From assembly GCF_963921235.1 (NCBI RefSeq), contig NC_086109.1, positions 11,532,001 to 11,596,000 on the forward strand: 64,000 bases of DNA. Direction: 5' to 3'. Both the position numbers and the translations under genes were made by a program. Of this stretch, positions 38,061 through 50,790 are shown piece after piece. The DNA comes from Mobula hypostoma. Its lineage: Eukaryota. Within the stretch, counting starts at the first letter, position 1. Every line of letters begins with the position of its first letter. A model generated the notes under the pieces. That model did no database searches and was not told the origin of the DNA. It saw nothing but the letters and a program-made list of their open reading frames with translations.

Positions 38061-39274
38061 AACTTGTGAACTTTGAGATTCTGGAGATCCAAAGCAACAC
38101 ACACAAACTGCTGGAGGAGCTCAGTAGATCAATCAGCAACCATGGAGAGGAATAGACTGTTGTTGTTTCGTTAGGAGTGGAAAGGAAGGGGGAAGAAGCC
38201 AGAATAAGAAGGTGGGGGGGGGGGAGGGAGGTGAAGGAGAACAAGTATGGCAGGTGACAAGTGAGAGCAAGTGATGGGGTAGGTTGGTCACCTTTTACCT
38301 CTTCCACCTGTTGCCTCCTGACTTTTTACTTCATCGCCCTCTCCCTACCCACATCTGATCTTGTATATCACATTTTCTCCTTCCCCTTCCTCCCACCTTC
38401 TTATTCTGGCTTCTTTCCCCTTCCTTTCCAATCCTGATGATGGTTCTTGGTCCATAAAGGCAACTGTATATCCCCCATCCCCCATAGATTCTGCCTGGCC
38501 TACTGAGTTCCTTCAGCATTTTGTATATGTTGCAAATAATCCTGTTTGTACTTGAGGAAACACTAAGGAATTATACATTTCAACTCCAAATTTGTTCCTG
38601 TTGTAATCCTTTGTCAACTATGTAAGTCTATTAATGGAAAACGATCGCTTCTGTTAAGAATTTGTTATAAATAGAGTCAAGTAATCCTGGATTCACACAA
38701 TTAGACCTCAGAAAATGCTCATCACTGATCAATAGTTCATCACTAACTGTATTACTAAGTCTAGGAACCCTCCAACCTGATGGCATGAACATCGATTTCT
38801 CCAACTTCATGTTGGAGACTTACGTGACACGAAATTTGTTGTTTTGTGGCAGCAGTACAGTGAAAAGACATTAAATTACAAAAATTAATGAATAGCAAAA
38901 TAAAAAGGAATAACGTGACAGCAGCGAACCTAAATTCTGGTAATTTTTGCCCTCCCGCTCACTTCTTCTTCATTTCCCCAATCAAGCTTCCTACCTCTTC
39001 TCCTCATCTGCCTATCACCTCACGCTGGGTGCCTTTCTCCTTCCCTTTCTCCCATGATTCATTCTCCTCTCTTGTAAAATTCCTTCTTCTCCAGCCGTTT
39101 GTTTTTTCTACATATCACCTCCTAGCTTCTTACTTCACCCCCACCCTCCTCCCACTCATCCGGCTTTACCTATCATGTTCCAGCTTGTCCTCCTTCCTCT
39201 CCCCCCACCTTCTTATTCTGGCATCTTCCCCCTTCTTTTCCACTCCTGATGAAGAATCTTGGCCCAAAATATCT

Positions 39275-42200
39275 ATTAGAAATATAGAAAACCTGCAGCA
39301 CAATACAGGCCTTTCAGCCATCAATGCTGTGCCGAACATGTACTTACTATAGAAATTACTAGGGTTACCCATAGCCCTCTATTTTACTAAGCTCCATGTG
39401 CCTTTCCAGGAGTCTCTTAAAAGACCCTATCGTATCCAACTCCACCACCATTGCTGGCAGCCCATTCCACGCACTCACCACTCTCTGCGTAAAAAACTTA
39501 CCCCTGACATCCCCTCTGTACCTACCTCCAAGCACCTTAAAACTGTGCCCTCTCATGATTGCCATTTCTGCCCTGGGAAAAAGCCTCTGATGATCCACGT
39601 GATCAATGCCTCTCATCATCTTATACACCTCTATGAGATCACCTCTCATCCTCCGCCGCTCCAAGGAGAAAAGGCCGAGTTCACTCAACCTATTCTCATA
39701 AGTCATGCGCCCTAATCCAGGCAACATCTTTGTAAATCTCCTCTGCACCCTTTCTATAGTTTCCACATCTTTTCTGTAGTGAGGTGACCAGAACTGAGCA
39801 CAGTACTCAAAGTGGGGTCTGACCAGGGTCCTATATAGCTGTAACATTACCTCTCGGCTCTTGAATTGAATTCCATGGTTGATAAAGGTCAATGAACCGT
39901 ATGCCTTCTTAACCACAGAGTCAACCTGCGCATCAGCTTTGAGTGTCCTATGGACTCGAATCCCAAGAGCCCTCTGATCCTCCACATAGCTAAGTGTCTT
40001 TCCATTAATACTATATTCTGCCATCATATTTGACCTACCAAAATGAACCACCTCATGCTTATCTGGGTTGAACTCCATCTGCCACTTCTCAGCCCAATTT
40101 TGCATCCTATTAATGTCCTGCTGTAACCTCTGGCAGCCCTCCACACTATCCACAACACCCCCAACCTTTGTGTTATCAGAAAATTTACTAACCCATCCCT
40201 CCACTTCTTCACCCAGGTCATTTATAAAAATCATGAAGAGAAGGGGTCCCAGAACAGATCCCTGAGGCACACCACAGGTCACCGACCTCCATGTAGATAT
40301 GACCCATCTACAACCACTCTTTGCCGTCTATGAGCAAGCCAATTCTGGATCCACAAAGCAAGGTCTCCTTGGATCCCATGCTTCCTTACTTTCTCAATAA
40401 GTCTTACATGTGGTACCTTATCAAATGCCTTGCTGAAATCGATATACACTACATCTACTGCTCTACCTTCATCAATGTGCTTAGTCACATTCTCAAGAAA
40501 TTTAATCAGGCTCGTTAGGCATGACCTGCTTTTGACAAAGCCATGCTGGCTATTCCTAATCATATTATGCCTCTCCAAATGTTCATAAATTTTGCCTCTC
40601 AAGTCTTTTCCATCAGCTTACCAACCACTGAAATAAGACTCACTGGTCTATAATTTCTTGGGCTATCTCTACTCCCTTTCTAGAATATCTGCAACCCTCC
40701 AATCCTCCGGAACCTCTCCCATCCCCATTGATGATGCAAAGATCCTTGCCAGAGGCTCAGCAATCTCCTCCCCCACCTCCCACAGTAGCCTGGGATACAT
40801 TTCATCTGGTCCCGGAGACTTATCCAGCTTGATGCTTTCCAAAAGCTCCAGCACATCCTCTTTCTTAATGTCTATCTGCTCAAGCTTTTCAATCTGCTGT
40901 AAATCATCCTATAATCAACAAGATCCTGAAGCAAAGTATTCATTAAGTACCTCTGCTACCCCCTCCGGTTCCACACACATTTCCACTGTCACACTTGATT
41001 GGTCCTATTCTCTCATGTCTTATCCTCTTGTTCTTCACATACTTGTAGAATGCCTTGGGGTTTTCCTTAATCCTGCTCACCAAGGCCTTCGCATGGCTCC
41101 GTTTGGCTCTCCTAATTTCATTCTTAAGCTCTTTCTTGCTTGCCTTCTAGATCTCTAACATTACCTAGTTTTTTGAACCTTTCATATGATTTTCTTTTTC
41201 TCTTGACTAGATTTTCAACAGCCTTTGATCCTGTACCGACCATCCTTTCCCTGTCTCATTGGAACGTACCTATGCAGAATTTCATGCAAATATGCCCTGA
41301 ACATTTGCCACATTTCTGCTGTCCATTTCCCTGAGAACATCTGTTCCCAATTTTTGCTTCCAAGTTCCTGCCTGATAACTTTGTATCTCCCCTTACTCCA
41401 GTTAAATGCTTTCCTAACTTGTCTGTTCCTATCTTCCCCCAATGCTGTGGTAAAGGAGATAGAATTGTGATCACTATCTCCAAAATGCTTTCTCACTGAG
41501 AGATCTGACACCTGACCAGGTCCATTTCCCAATACCTGATCAAGTACAGCCTCACCTCTTGTAGGCTTATCTACATATTGTGTCAAGAAACCTTTCTGAA
41601 CACACCTAACAAACTCCACCCCAACTAAACCCCTTGCTCTTGGGAGATGCCAATCAACATTTGGGAAATTAAAATCTCTCACCATGACAAACCTGTTATT
41701 ATTAAACCTTTCCAGAATCTGCCTCCCTATCTGCTCCTTGATGTCCCTGTTGTTCTTGGGTGGTCTATAAAAAACACCCAGCAGTGTTATTGACCTCTTC
41801 CGGTTTCCAACTTCCACCCATAGAGACTCAGTAGACAATACCTCCATGAATTCCAACTTTTCTGCAGCCATGACACTATCTCTGATCAGCAGTGCCACGT
41901 CCCCACCTCTTTTGCCTCCCTCCCTGTCCTTTCTGAGATATCAGAGGTAAGTTTTTTATGCAGAGAGAGGTGAGTGCGTGGAATGGGTTGCCAGTGGCGG
42001 TGGTGGAGGCAGAAATGATAGGGTCTTTTTAGAGACTCATGGATGGACACATGGAGCTTTGAAAAATAGAGGGCTATGGGTAAGCCTAGGTAGTTCTAAG
42101 GTAAGGTCATGTTTGGCACAGCTTTGTGGGCCGAAGGGCCTGTATTGTGCTGTAGGTTTTCTATGTTTCTATGTTTCTATCGAAGTCCTGGCACTCTAAG

Positions 42201-43200
42201 GCACCCTTCCTGCCCCTGAGCCAAGTCTCTGTAATGGTTACAACATAATAGCTCCAAGTATTGATCCATGCTCTAAGCTCAACCACTTTGTTCATGATGC
42301 TTCTTGCATTAAAATAGACACATCTCAAACCGTCAGTCTGAGCGTATCCCTTCTCTATCATCTGCCTATCCGCCCTCTCGCACTGTCTCCAAGCTTCCTC
42401 TCGCACTCTCTCCAAGCTTCCTCTAACCAACAGCCCCTTCCTCCATCTCTTCAGTTTGGTTCCCAACTCCCAGCAATTCTAGTTTAAACTCTCCCCAATA
42501 ACCTTAGCAAACCTCCCTGCCAGGATATTTGTTCCCCCTCGGATTCAGGTGCAACCCTTCCTTTTTGTACAGGTCACGCCCTCCCCAATGATGCAGAAAT
42601 CTGAATCCCTGCCTCCTGCTCCAGTCCCTCAGCCACGCATTTATCCTGCACCTCATTCTATTCCTATACTCACTGTCACGTGACACAGGCAGTAAACCCG
42701 AGATGACTACCTTTGAGATCCTGCTTCTCAACTCCTTCCTAACTCCCTGTAGACTGTTTTCAGGACCTCCTCCCTTTTTCTACCTTTGTCGTTGGTGCCA
42801 GTATGTAACACGACCTCTGGCTGTTCACCTTCCCACTTCAGGATATCGTGGACGCAATCAGAAACATCCCGGACTCTGGCTCTAGAGGAAAACTACCATC
42901 CGTGTTTCTTTCCTGCATCTACAGCATTGCCTGTCTGACCATCTAACTATAGTCACCTATTACTGCTGCCTTCTTCCTTTCTCTACCCTTCTGAGCCACA
43001 GGGCCAGACTCTGTGCCAGATGCGCGGCCACTGTTGCTTCCCCCAGGTAGGCCGTCCGCCCAACAGTACTCAAACAGGAATATTTATTGTTAAGGGGGAC
43101 AGCCATAGGGGTGCTCTCTAGTATCTGACTCTTGCCTTTCCCTCTCCTAACTGTTACCCACTTACCTGTCTATTAAGTCTCTGCAGGTTCTTTATTCATT
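39275..43200 (-). mobile_element. Near full-length CR1 LINE in intron 3, sense to the receptor gene, with a nested plus-strand CR1 tail (about 41940-42180)
   Basis: ORFs 39365-40282 ([10 protein letters not shown]...ERVQRRFTK), 40279-40602, 41215-41898 (endonuclease), and ORF1 esterase remnants at 42480-42960. Confidence 0.92.
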
Positions 43201-43449
43201 TCTATAGATTCTTGGTGATATCTTCTCCATTCCTTTCCTGTCCTGATGAAAGGTCTTGGCCCAAGATGTTGACTGTTAATTCATTTCCATAGATGCTGCC
43301 TGATCTGCTGAGTTCCTCCAGCATTTCGTGTGAGTTTCACTATATTACTGTACTGATAAAGTTGCATTTTCCTCTGATATTTACTGTGAGTTGTTCTCTG
43401 AATACTGTAATGCTGAGGTAAAGCCGAATTGTCCCATGAAATGACTAAC

Positions 43450-43576
43450 CTGATCTGATGTGAGGAAACTGAAGACTCAGTGGATTCTGCTTTCCTGGTG
43501 GACATCTCATTCTGAGGTGAAGTGGTCCACATGGTTTCAGTGGAAATTTCCAAGGTGGTTGCCTTCTTTTCTGGAG
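43450..43576 (-). CDS. CD300/pIgR-like receptor, exon 3: Ser/Thr-rich stalk
   Basis: Acceptor ccactttag, donor CAG|gttagt; 127 nt, phase 1 in and 2 out. Encodes APEKKATTLEISTETMWTTSPQNEMSTRKAESTESSVSSHQI. Unique sequence between repeats. Confidence 0.85.
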
Positions 43577-43929
43577 CTAAAGTGGATCAAATATCTGATC
43601 ATTGAATGTCTTATAGCAATTTCTATCTCCATGATGTGTCTATAGTGCCCCAGCTAGGAGGTCTCCTGCAATGTGCGGGTTGATTCTTGGTTCAAACCTG
43701 ATACCAGCGGTTTGAGCAAGAATTTCCAGTCTGGTGATCCAATGCAGTCCCCTCCTGCAGAAGTCATCTTCAGATGGCCAAGCGCCATAAGCGAAGCATT
43801 AAGGATCAAGGATACATTTTATTTACTATTTACATTTACACGTATTTGGAATTTACTGTGGTGTTTGTTGATGCAACATGCAACAAAAAACAATTAGAAA
43901 GAATAAAGAATTATCTATTTCTTTATTCT

Positions 43930-45065
43930 TTCAAGGATAGAGGTTAGAGGTAAGAGGAAATCTTGCCTGATAAATCTGTTGGAATTCTTTGAGGAAATAA
44001 CAAGCAAGATACACAAAGGAGGGTCACTAGATGTTTTTTACTTGGATTTTCAGAAGATCTTTGACAAGGTGGCACATATGAGGCTGCTTATCAAAATAAG
44101 TGCCTGTGGAATTACTGGAAAGATACTAGCATGAATAGAATATTGGCTGACTGGCAGAAGGCAAAGAATGGGAATAGAGGGGACTTCTCTGGTTAGCTGC
44201 CGATGACTAGTGATGTTCCACAGGGTTTGGTGTTAGGACTATTTTCCATGTTATGTCAATGAATTGGATGATGAAATTGATCGCATTGGGGCCAAGGTTA
44301 CAGATGATATAAAGATAAGTGCAAAGACAGATGGTGTTGAGGTAGCAGGGAGTCTGCAGAAGGTCTTAGACAAATAAAAGGATGGACTATTTTCTATACA
44401 GGGAGAAAATTCAAAATTCAGAGGTACAAAGGAGTCCTTTTGCAGGATTTCTTAAAGGTTAACTTGCAGGTTGAGTCAGTATAAAGTCAGGAAGGTAAAT
44501 ATTATGTCAGCATTCATATCGAGAGGACTAGAATATAAAAGCAAGGATGTATTGTGAGCAGTTTTGCTTCTCTTATCTAAGAAAAGATGTGCTTGCATTG
44601 GAGCGGGTCACAAGAATTATTTTAGGAAAGAAAGGGTTAATGTTTAATTAGCATTTGATCGCTCTGAGCCTATACTCACTGACATTTAGAAGAATGGAAG
44701 GACGTTGGGGGATCTCATAAACCAACTGACTATTGAAAGGACAAGATAGATTATGAAATGTGGAGAGGTTGCTTTCTTTCACGTGAGTGCCTCGGACCAG
44801 TGGGCATAGCCTAGGAATAGAGGTATGTCCATTTAGGAGGAATTCCTTCAGCCAGAAAATAGTGAAACTGTGGAATCCATTGCCACAGACAGCTGTGGAG
44901 GCCACGTCATGGGGTATATTTAAAGTGAAGTTTTCCAGAGTCTTGATTAGTCTGGATGCCAAAGGTTACAGGGAGACGTCAGGAGAATGGGTTTGAGAAA
45001 GGTAATAATGGATTGGTGGAGCACAAATGACCTAATTCTGCTCCTATGTCTTATGTTCTTTGGAA
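43930..45065 (+). mobile_element. Degenerate CR1 LINE RT/3' fragment
   Basis: LDFQKIFDKV remnant and CR1 3'UTR. Confidence 0.8.
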
Positions 45066-45739
45066 TAAAATTTACATAAATTCATAAATACCAGCATATA
45101 TTTACAATGTAAACATCATTATAAAAAGCAACTTACATTGCAATGCATTAACTGAGGTAATAAGCAAAAGGAATCCTTCTCACTGTTACACACATTATTA
45201 AACTTCTTTCACAACTTTCAAAATACTCCAAGTTGTGTTGTCTGTGTGTTGTTAGGGAGAAGTATATTCCTTCTGAGCTGAAGCAGAAGTTGGGGTTGGG
45301 GAATGGGGAAGATCCCATGGTTAGCATTGGTACTAAGGACATAGGCAGGAATAGGATGGAGTTTCTGATGAAGGATTATGAGAAGCTCGGGGGAAATTGA
45401 ATGTTTACAGGGTGACCAGGACTGAGTACTCATTCATCCAGATTACATAATGTTCCAGAACAAATGGACAAATCATAAATGAGGTGGCAGAAGTGTTATT
45501 AATCAAGGAAGGTATCAGTGGGTTTTGAGTTGTTAGGGTTCAGTCTGTGGGTAGTAATGTTGAATCAGAATAGGTTAAAATCACTAAGTACAAAGCTAAG
45601 ATAGGAGTTGTCTACACGCACCCCCACCCCACAAAATGTGATCCTACATTACTTCGGAGCATAAATGTGGAAATCACTAAGGCATGTTTGAAGGGGACTG
45701 CAATTGTCACAGGAAAGTTTAGTGGGAATTGGAATGGTA

Positions 45740-46450
45740 TGATTATTGTCACATGTACTGAGATTCACTGGAAAGCTTTTGTTTGAACTCCCTCCAGACA
45801 AATCATTCTCTACATCAGTATGTCAAGGCAGTAAAAAGAAAACAAAATGCGGAATGTAATATGCAGTTACAGAAAAATGCAAGGGCCACAATGAAGTAGA
45901 ATGGAAAATCTAGGGTTCAACTTTGAGTGTATCAAAGGTCTGCTCAGGATCTGTTCACAGTGGTACAGAAGGTATCCTCGAGCCTGGTGGTACATACTGT
46001 CAAGCATTTGTACCTTCTGATAGACAGCAGGAGGGAGAAGAGCAAACTACTGGGGTGAAAGGTGTCCTTAATTTTTGATGGATGCTTTCCTGAGCCATAG
46101 ACAAGAGACAGAAGTACAGAGAGAGACCAAAGAAGGGAGACTGGTTTAGCTCTTGTGGTCTTTGGCAGAGCAGTTGCCATAAAAATAGTGATTCATCCAG
46201 ATAGGATGCTTTCTGTGGTGTATCTACAAAAATTGATGAGGGTCATTGGAGGTGCCAAATTCCCTTAAGCTTCTGATGAAGTAGAGGGTCAGTGTGCTTT
46301 CTTATTGTAGCATCTATATGGAGGGGCCAGAACAAATTCTCAGTGATACCTACAGCTGTGACTGAAGTTCTCACCCATCTCCAACTCTGCATTAATGATA
46401 CAGATACAATCATGTACTGCATCCTACTGGTCATATCAATGACCAGCTCC
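45740..46450 (-). mobile_element. Rex1/Babar-type LINE 3' fragment
   Basis: Antisense LAINMKELVID and RRYKCLTVCTTRLEDTF. Confidence 0.6.
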
Positions 46451-46669
46451 TTCATATTGATTGCAAGCACCAAACTGGCGAGGGTATCAAAGAGAAAAAA
46501 ATTGTTGAGTACATGAGAAATTAATTTCAGAGCAACATGTTATGAAGCCTACCCAGGAATTTGCTCATGTGAGCAGGTTTTTGCTGGGAAATATACTCAG
46601 TGGCCACTTTAGTAGATACTCTGCGTGTTATTATGTTAGATAATAAAAAACTTCAGTTTCCAGTGGGCA

Positions 46670-47965
46670 ATGCGAGGAGTTCACCACAGTGCCATATCTG
46701 AAGAGGGTGTGATGGCTGACCCAAGAAAGACGTTGGACGCTGAAAACATGGAGAGGCCCATAAACAGAGAGGAGATGAGACATTTCTTGGGGATGGTGAT
46801 TTATCTGGCTACATTCACCCTTGACTCTCAGATGTGTCAAACCCCTTATGTCACTGCTTGAACATCAAAAGTTATCTCATGAGCAAGAAGATTGTTTTCA
46901 AATGCTGAAAAGAGTCATAACTGAAGAGACAGGCTGACGTTTTATGATCTGGAAAGGGGTACTAGGACCTCAGCTGATGCGTCCCGAAATGGCTTTGAAA
47001 CAGTACTACTGCAGCAGCATGATGACATATGTCAACCTGTGACCTGTGTGTCAAGGGTTTCAGCAAACGTGGAAGACAACTACGTACAAATAGAGAAAAC
47101 ATTTCTCACCAGCAAATATGCATGCAAAAAGTCCCATCAGTATACCTATGGACAAGGTTTTGAAGTGGAGACAGACCATAAACCATTGGTCTCTTTTCTG
47201 TCCAAACCACTGAATGACTGTCCCATGAGGATACAGCACATGTTGAGAAGGCTGCCGAAATATGATGTGAAGATGATCTACACTGTGGGAAAATAAAAGT
47301 TTGCTGCTGATGCGTTGTCTTGTGCAATTTATGAGAAAGAACAGATTGATGAAGAAGTTAATTCAGATATACAGGTCTTTGTTGACATGATTATCACCTC
47401 CCTTCCAATATCTCCAAGAAGAACAGAGCAGATTAGGAAAGCAGCAGTGTCAGATGAAACAATGAAAGAACTCAAGGATACGATATGGAAAGCATTGACA
47501 GCAGCAAAGAATTACTGTCCACTGAGTATTCAGGATTCTCGGGCATCCAGAGCTGAACTGTTAGTAGTGAAAGGTGTGGTCTTCAGATGGAGCAGTTTTG
47601 TGATTCCAGTGTTGCTATGCAAGGAAATGCTCCAGAGGATGTACAAAGGGCATCTTGGTGAGGAAGATGTAAACGTAGAGCTTGTGAAGTGATATACTGG
47701 TCAAGAATAAACTGAGACATCAACCAGACCATCGCTTCATGTGAAATAGGCCTTACCTACAGACAAGAAATTAGCAAGCAGAACTGCTTACACCAACACC
47801 TGTACCAGACAGCTGGTACTTCAATATTGGAGTGGGTTTGTTTGATTGTAATGGGAAGAATCACATTGTTGTAACAAACTACTTTTCCAATTACCCAGAT
47901 AATGCAACACTGCAATCGACATCCAGCAAAGCAGTCAGCACCTTCCTGAAGGCTATGTTCTCACA
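46670..47965 (+). mobile_element. Gypsy pol fragment (RT C-terminus, RNase H, integrase)
   Basis: RHFLGMVIYLA; ADASRNG; YVQIEK; FEVETDHKPLV; RIQHMLRRLPKYD; GKNHIVVTNYFSNYP. Confidence 0.85.
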
Positions 47966-48346
47966 TTTTATTGATTATGAACATACATCAGTAGCCTCTT
48001 TATTAGGTAAAGGCAATGCATAATAAAATGGGCACTGAGTGTAATTTCTGGAATCTTTCTAAATAGTGATCTGAAAAAGTTCCTTTTATTTTGGGGAATT
48101 TATTTCTGGTGAAAGTCCATGATCAACCTTTTTGTTATCATCAGTTTTGAGGAAAGTAGTGATTTCTGTGGAAACTCTCCAGATGAGCTTTTGTGTTCTT
48201 GGACAAAAAATGTTCCTGAGAGTGTCCCAGTTCCCTGAAAATCCCCTCAGCAGCTGGGACTACATTTCCCCCTCCATCCATACTGGGACATCTCCCACAC
48301 CGAAGCTGGGCTCTTGCTGTTGGTCACAAGCGCAGATCCCACTGGG

Positions 48347-48474
48347 TCAAAATTTCTGTGCTGAACCAAGGTGACAGAGTGAAAGCAGAAGGTTCCTGAT
48401 CCCAGTCTGTCCACTGCTGGGACTACAGGGAAAAGGCCTGGCCTCGAACTCCCACTGCTGGGAAACTGGAGCAT
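48347..48474 (-). CDS. Candidate alternative terminal exon after the IgV exon (soluble isoform): DAPVSQQWEFEARPFPCSPSSGQTGIRNLLLSLCHLGSAQKF*
   Basis: Long pyrimidine tract ending cccactctcccatctcag, phase-1 compatible. Stop at 48347-48349. Two minus-strand AATAAA at 48099-48104 and 48085-48090. Confidence 0.4.
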
Positions 48475-49127
48475 CTGAGATGGGAGAGTGGGAATAGGGT
48501 TTGTGGGGATGGAGAGAGAAGGAAGAACACTGAGGAAGGGAGGAGTGATCAGTGTGGAGAGGGGGAGAAAGGGAGGGTAAAGGTGAAGGGTGGATATAAA
48601 ATGCTCTGGTAATTTCCCGCAGAGATGTGAAGATAATGTTCAAGATTTCATCTCTTTAATAATTGAGACAGAGATAATGTAATCTGTTAACTGTTCAGCA
48701 AAGGATTCCCACTTCTTATCATTTGTATTTTGTTCAGATTGTCAGAAATCCCAAGCATTCTTTTAGTGCAGTTGTAATGAGCAGTTTGTAGGAAGGATAG
48801 GGAGAAGGGCGGAGAGGCTGCAAAGGAGATTCACCGGGATGTTGCCTGATAGGCAACGATTAAATTATGTGGAAAGATTAGAGAGACTAGATTGTATTTT
48901 TTGGGGAGGTGAAGACTGAAGGGGGACTGACTGATATCTGCCAAACTATATGGGGAATAGATGGAATTGTTTGTGGTAAACTTCGGCTCATGGCGTATGT
49001 AACCTGGGACTGAAGTTTAAGGTAAGGAATAAAAGATTTAGAGGGCATATAAAGAATATTTTTACTTCATCCAGAGGTGAGGGAGGAAATTCTCAGGCTG
49101 GGAGAGTGAAGAAAAATATTAACGTAC

Positions 49128-49451
49128 CTTCAGAAATCTCCAGTGAAATGGTAAACCTTTCGTTCGGTATCAACATTGCCCTTTCTATCATACACTGGTA
49201 TAGCCCTTCATCACTCATCTTTAGATTGTCCATGGTTACTGAAAGTATCCCTTGTGTTTTGTAATCAGTCATTGTTATTCGTTCACTTTGTGGCTGCTCA
49301 GTCGAAACCACAGCGGAACAACTAGTGTAAGTTTCACCTCTACACCATTTCTTCACGTAGTCCTTGTATTTCTGATCATACCGACATTCCACAGTGACTG
49401 ATTCTCCCACTACTCCTCTGACCTTCTTAGGTCCAGTTAATGCAGTTGAGC
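49128..49451 (-). CDS. CD300/pIgR-like (CMRF35-like) receptor, exon 2: IgV domain
   Basis: Acceptor ctcttcacag and donor GAAG|gtacgt; 324 nt, phase 1-1. Translation GSTALTGPKKVRGVVGESVTVECRYDQKYKDYVKKWCRGETYTSCSAVV...GILSVTMDNLKMSDEGLYQCMIER...LEISE. It has the B- and F-strand Cys, the C-strand Trp, DxGxYxC, and the extra WC...C pair typical of CD300/pIgR/TREM V domains. Confidence 0.93.
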
Positions 49452-49769
49452 CTGTGAAGAGATTAATAATGAAAGGTCACTCACACGTCACCAGAACAAA
49501 GTGCAGTAAGCAATATAAACTCATCATTTCAGTTGTTCAGAAAATTCCATGATTTTGCAGAGATCATGTTCCATTTTAATAGTTTATCCCTGATGTTAAT
49601 CCTTATTTCACTGAGATTGTTCTTGAAGTTACAGTGAAAGTGGAATCGCTCAGTTAGGCATTTCCAACTTGTGCATCTGCTGTTTCTTCTGTTGGTCCGT
49701 TGGTTCAATCTGTGCAGATTGGAAGTAGCATCTCCAACTTGCTGACAATCAACACTGGCTCTCCTCAGG

Positions 49770-50790
49770 GATGTGGGTTTAGCCAACTTCTCTTCTTGGG
49801 GTGCCCTACAAGGCTGTGTACTCAGCCCCCTGCTGTACTCACTGTACACTGATGATTGTGTAGCCAAGTTTTCATCGAACTCAATATATAAGTTTGCTGA
49901 TGACACCACAATTGTAGGCCGTATCTCGGGTAATGATGAGTTTGAGTACAGAAAGGAATTTAAGAACCTGGTAGCATGGTGTGAAGACAATAACCTATCC
50001 CTCAACGTCAGCAAGATGAAGGAATTGGTTGTTGACTTCAGAAGGAGTAGCGGACGGCACGACTCCATTTACATCGGTGGTGTGCAAGTGGAACAGGTCA
50101 AAAGCTTCAAGTTCCTCGGGGTCAATATCACAAATAAACCTGACTTGGTCCAAGCAAGCAGAGTCCACTGCCAAGAAGGCCCACCAGCGCCTTTACTTCC
50201 TGAGAAAGCTAAAGAAATTTGGCCTGTCCCCTAAATCCCTCACTAATTTTTATAGATACACCGTAGAAAGCATTCTTCTAGGGTGCATCACATCTGGTAT
50301 GGAAGTTGTCCTGTCCAAGACCGGAAGAAGCTACAGAAGATCGTGAACACAGCCCAGCACATCACACAAACCAATCTTCTGTCCTTGGACTCACTTTACA
50401 CCGCACGCTGTCGGATCAGTGCTGCCAGGATAATCAAGGACACGACCCACCCAGCCAACACACTTTTCGTCCCTCTTCCCTCCGGGAGAAGGCTCAGGAG
50501 CTTGAAGACTCGTACGGCCAGATTTGGGAACAACTTCTTTCCAACTGTGATAAGACTGCTGAATGGATCCTGACCCGGATCTGGGTCGTACCCTCCAAAT
50601 ATCTGGACCTGCCTCTCGGTTTTTTTGCACTAACTTACTTTCCCTTTCCTATTTTCTATTTATGATTTATAATTAAAATTTTTAATATTTACTATCGATT
50701 TGTACTCCAGGGAGCGGGAAGCACAGAATCAAATATCGCTGTGATGAATGTACGCTCTAGAATAAGAATCAGAATCAGAATCAGAATCCT
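49770..50790 (+). mobile_element. Rex1/Babar LINE RT and 3' end with (AGAATC)n tail
   Basis: QGCVLSPLLYSLYTDDC...KFADDTTIVG...LNVSKMKELVVDFRR; AHQRLYFLRKLKKF. Confidence 0.9.

Noticed and set aside
49128-49451. Calling the gene PIGR or a specific CD300 member
   Set aside because: Single domain, no pIgR CDR1 signature, and orthology cannot be set without a phylogeny.
49452-49527. Leader-like ORF MMSLYCLLHFVLVT with a phase-1 gtgagt donor just upstream of the IgV exon
   Set aside because: The implied intron is only 33 nt, below the usual vertebrate minimum, and read-through hits a stop. The 57979-58075 exon is the better leader, though 5' RACE should confirm.
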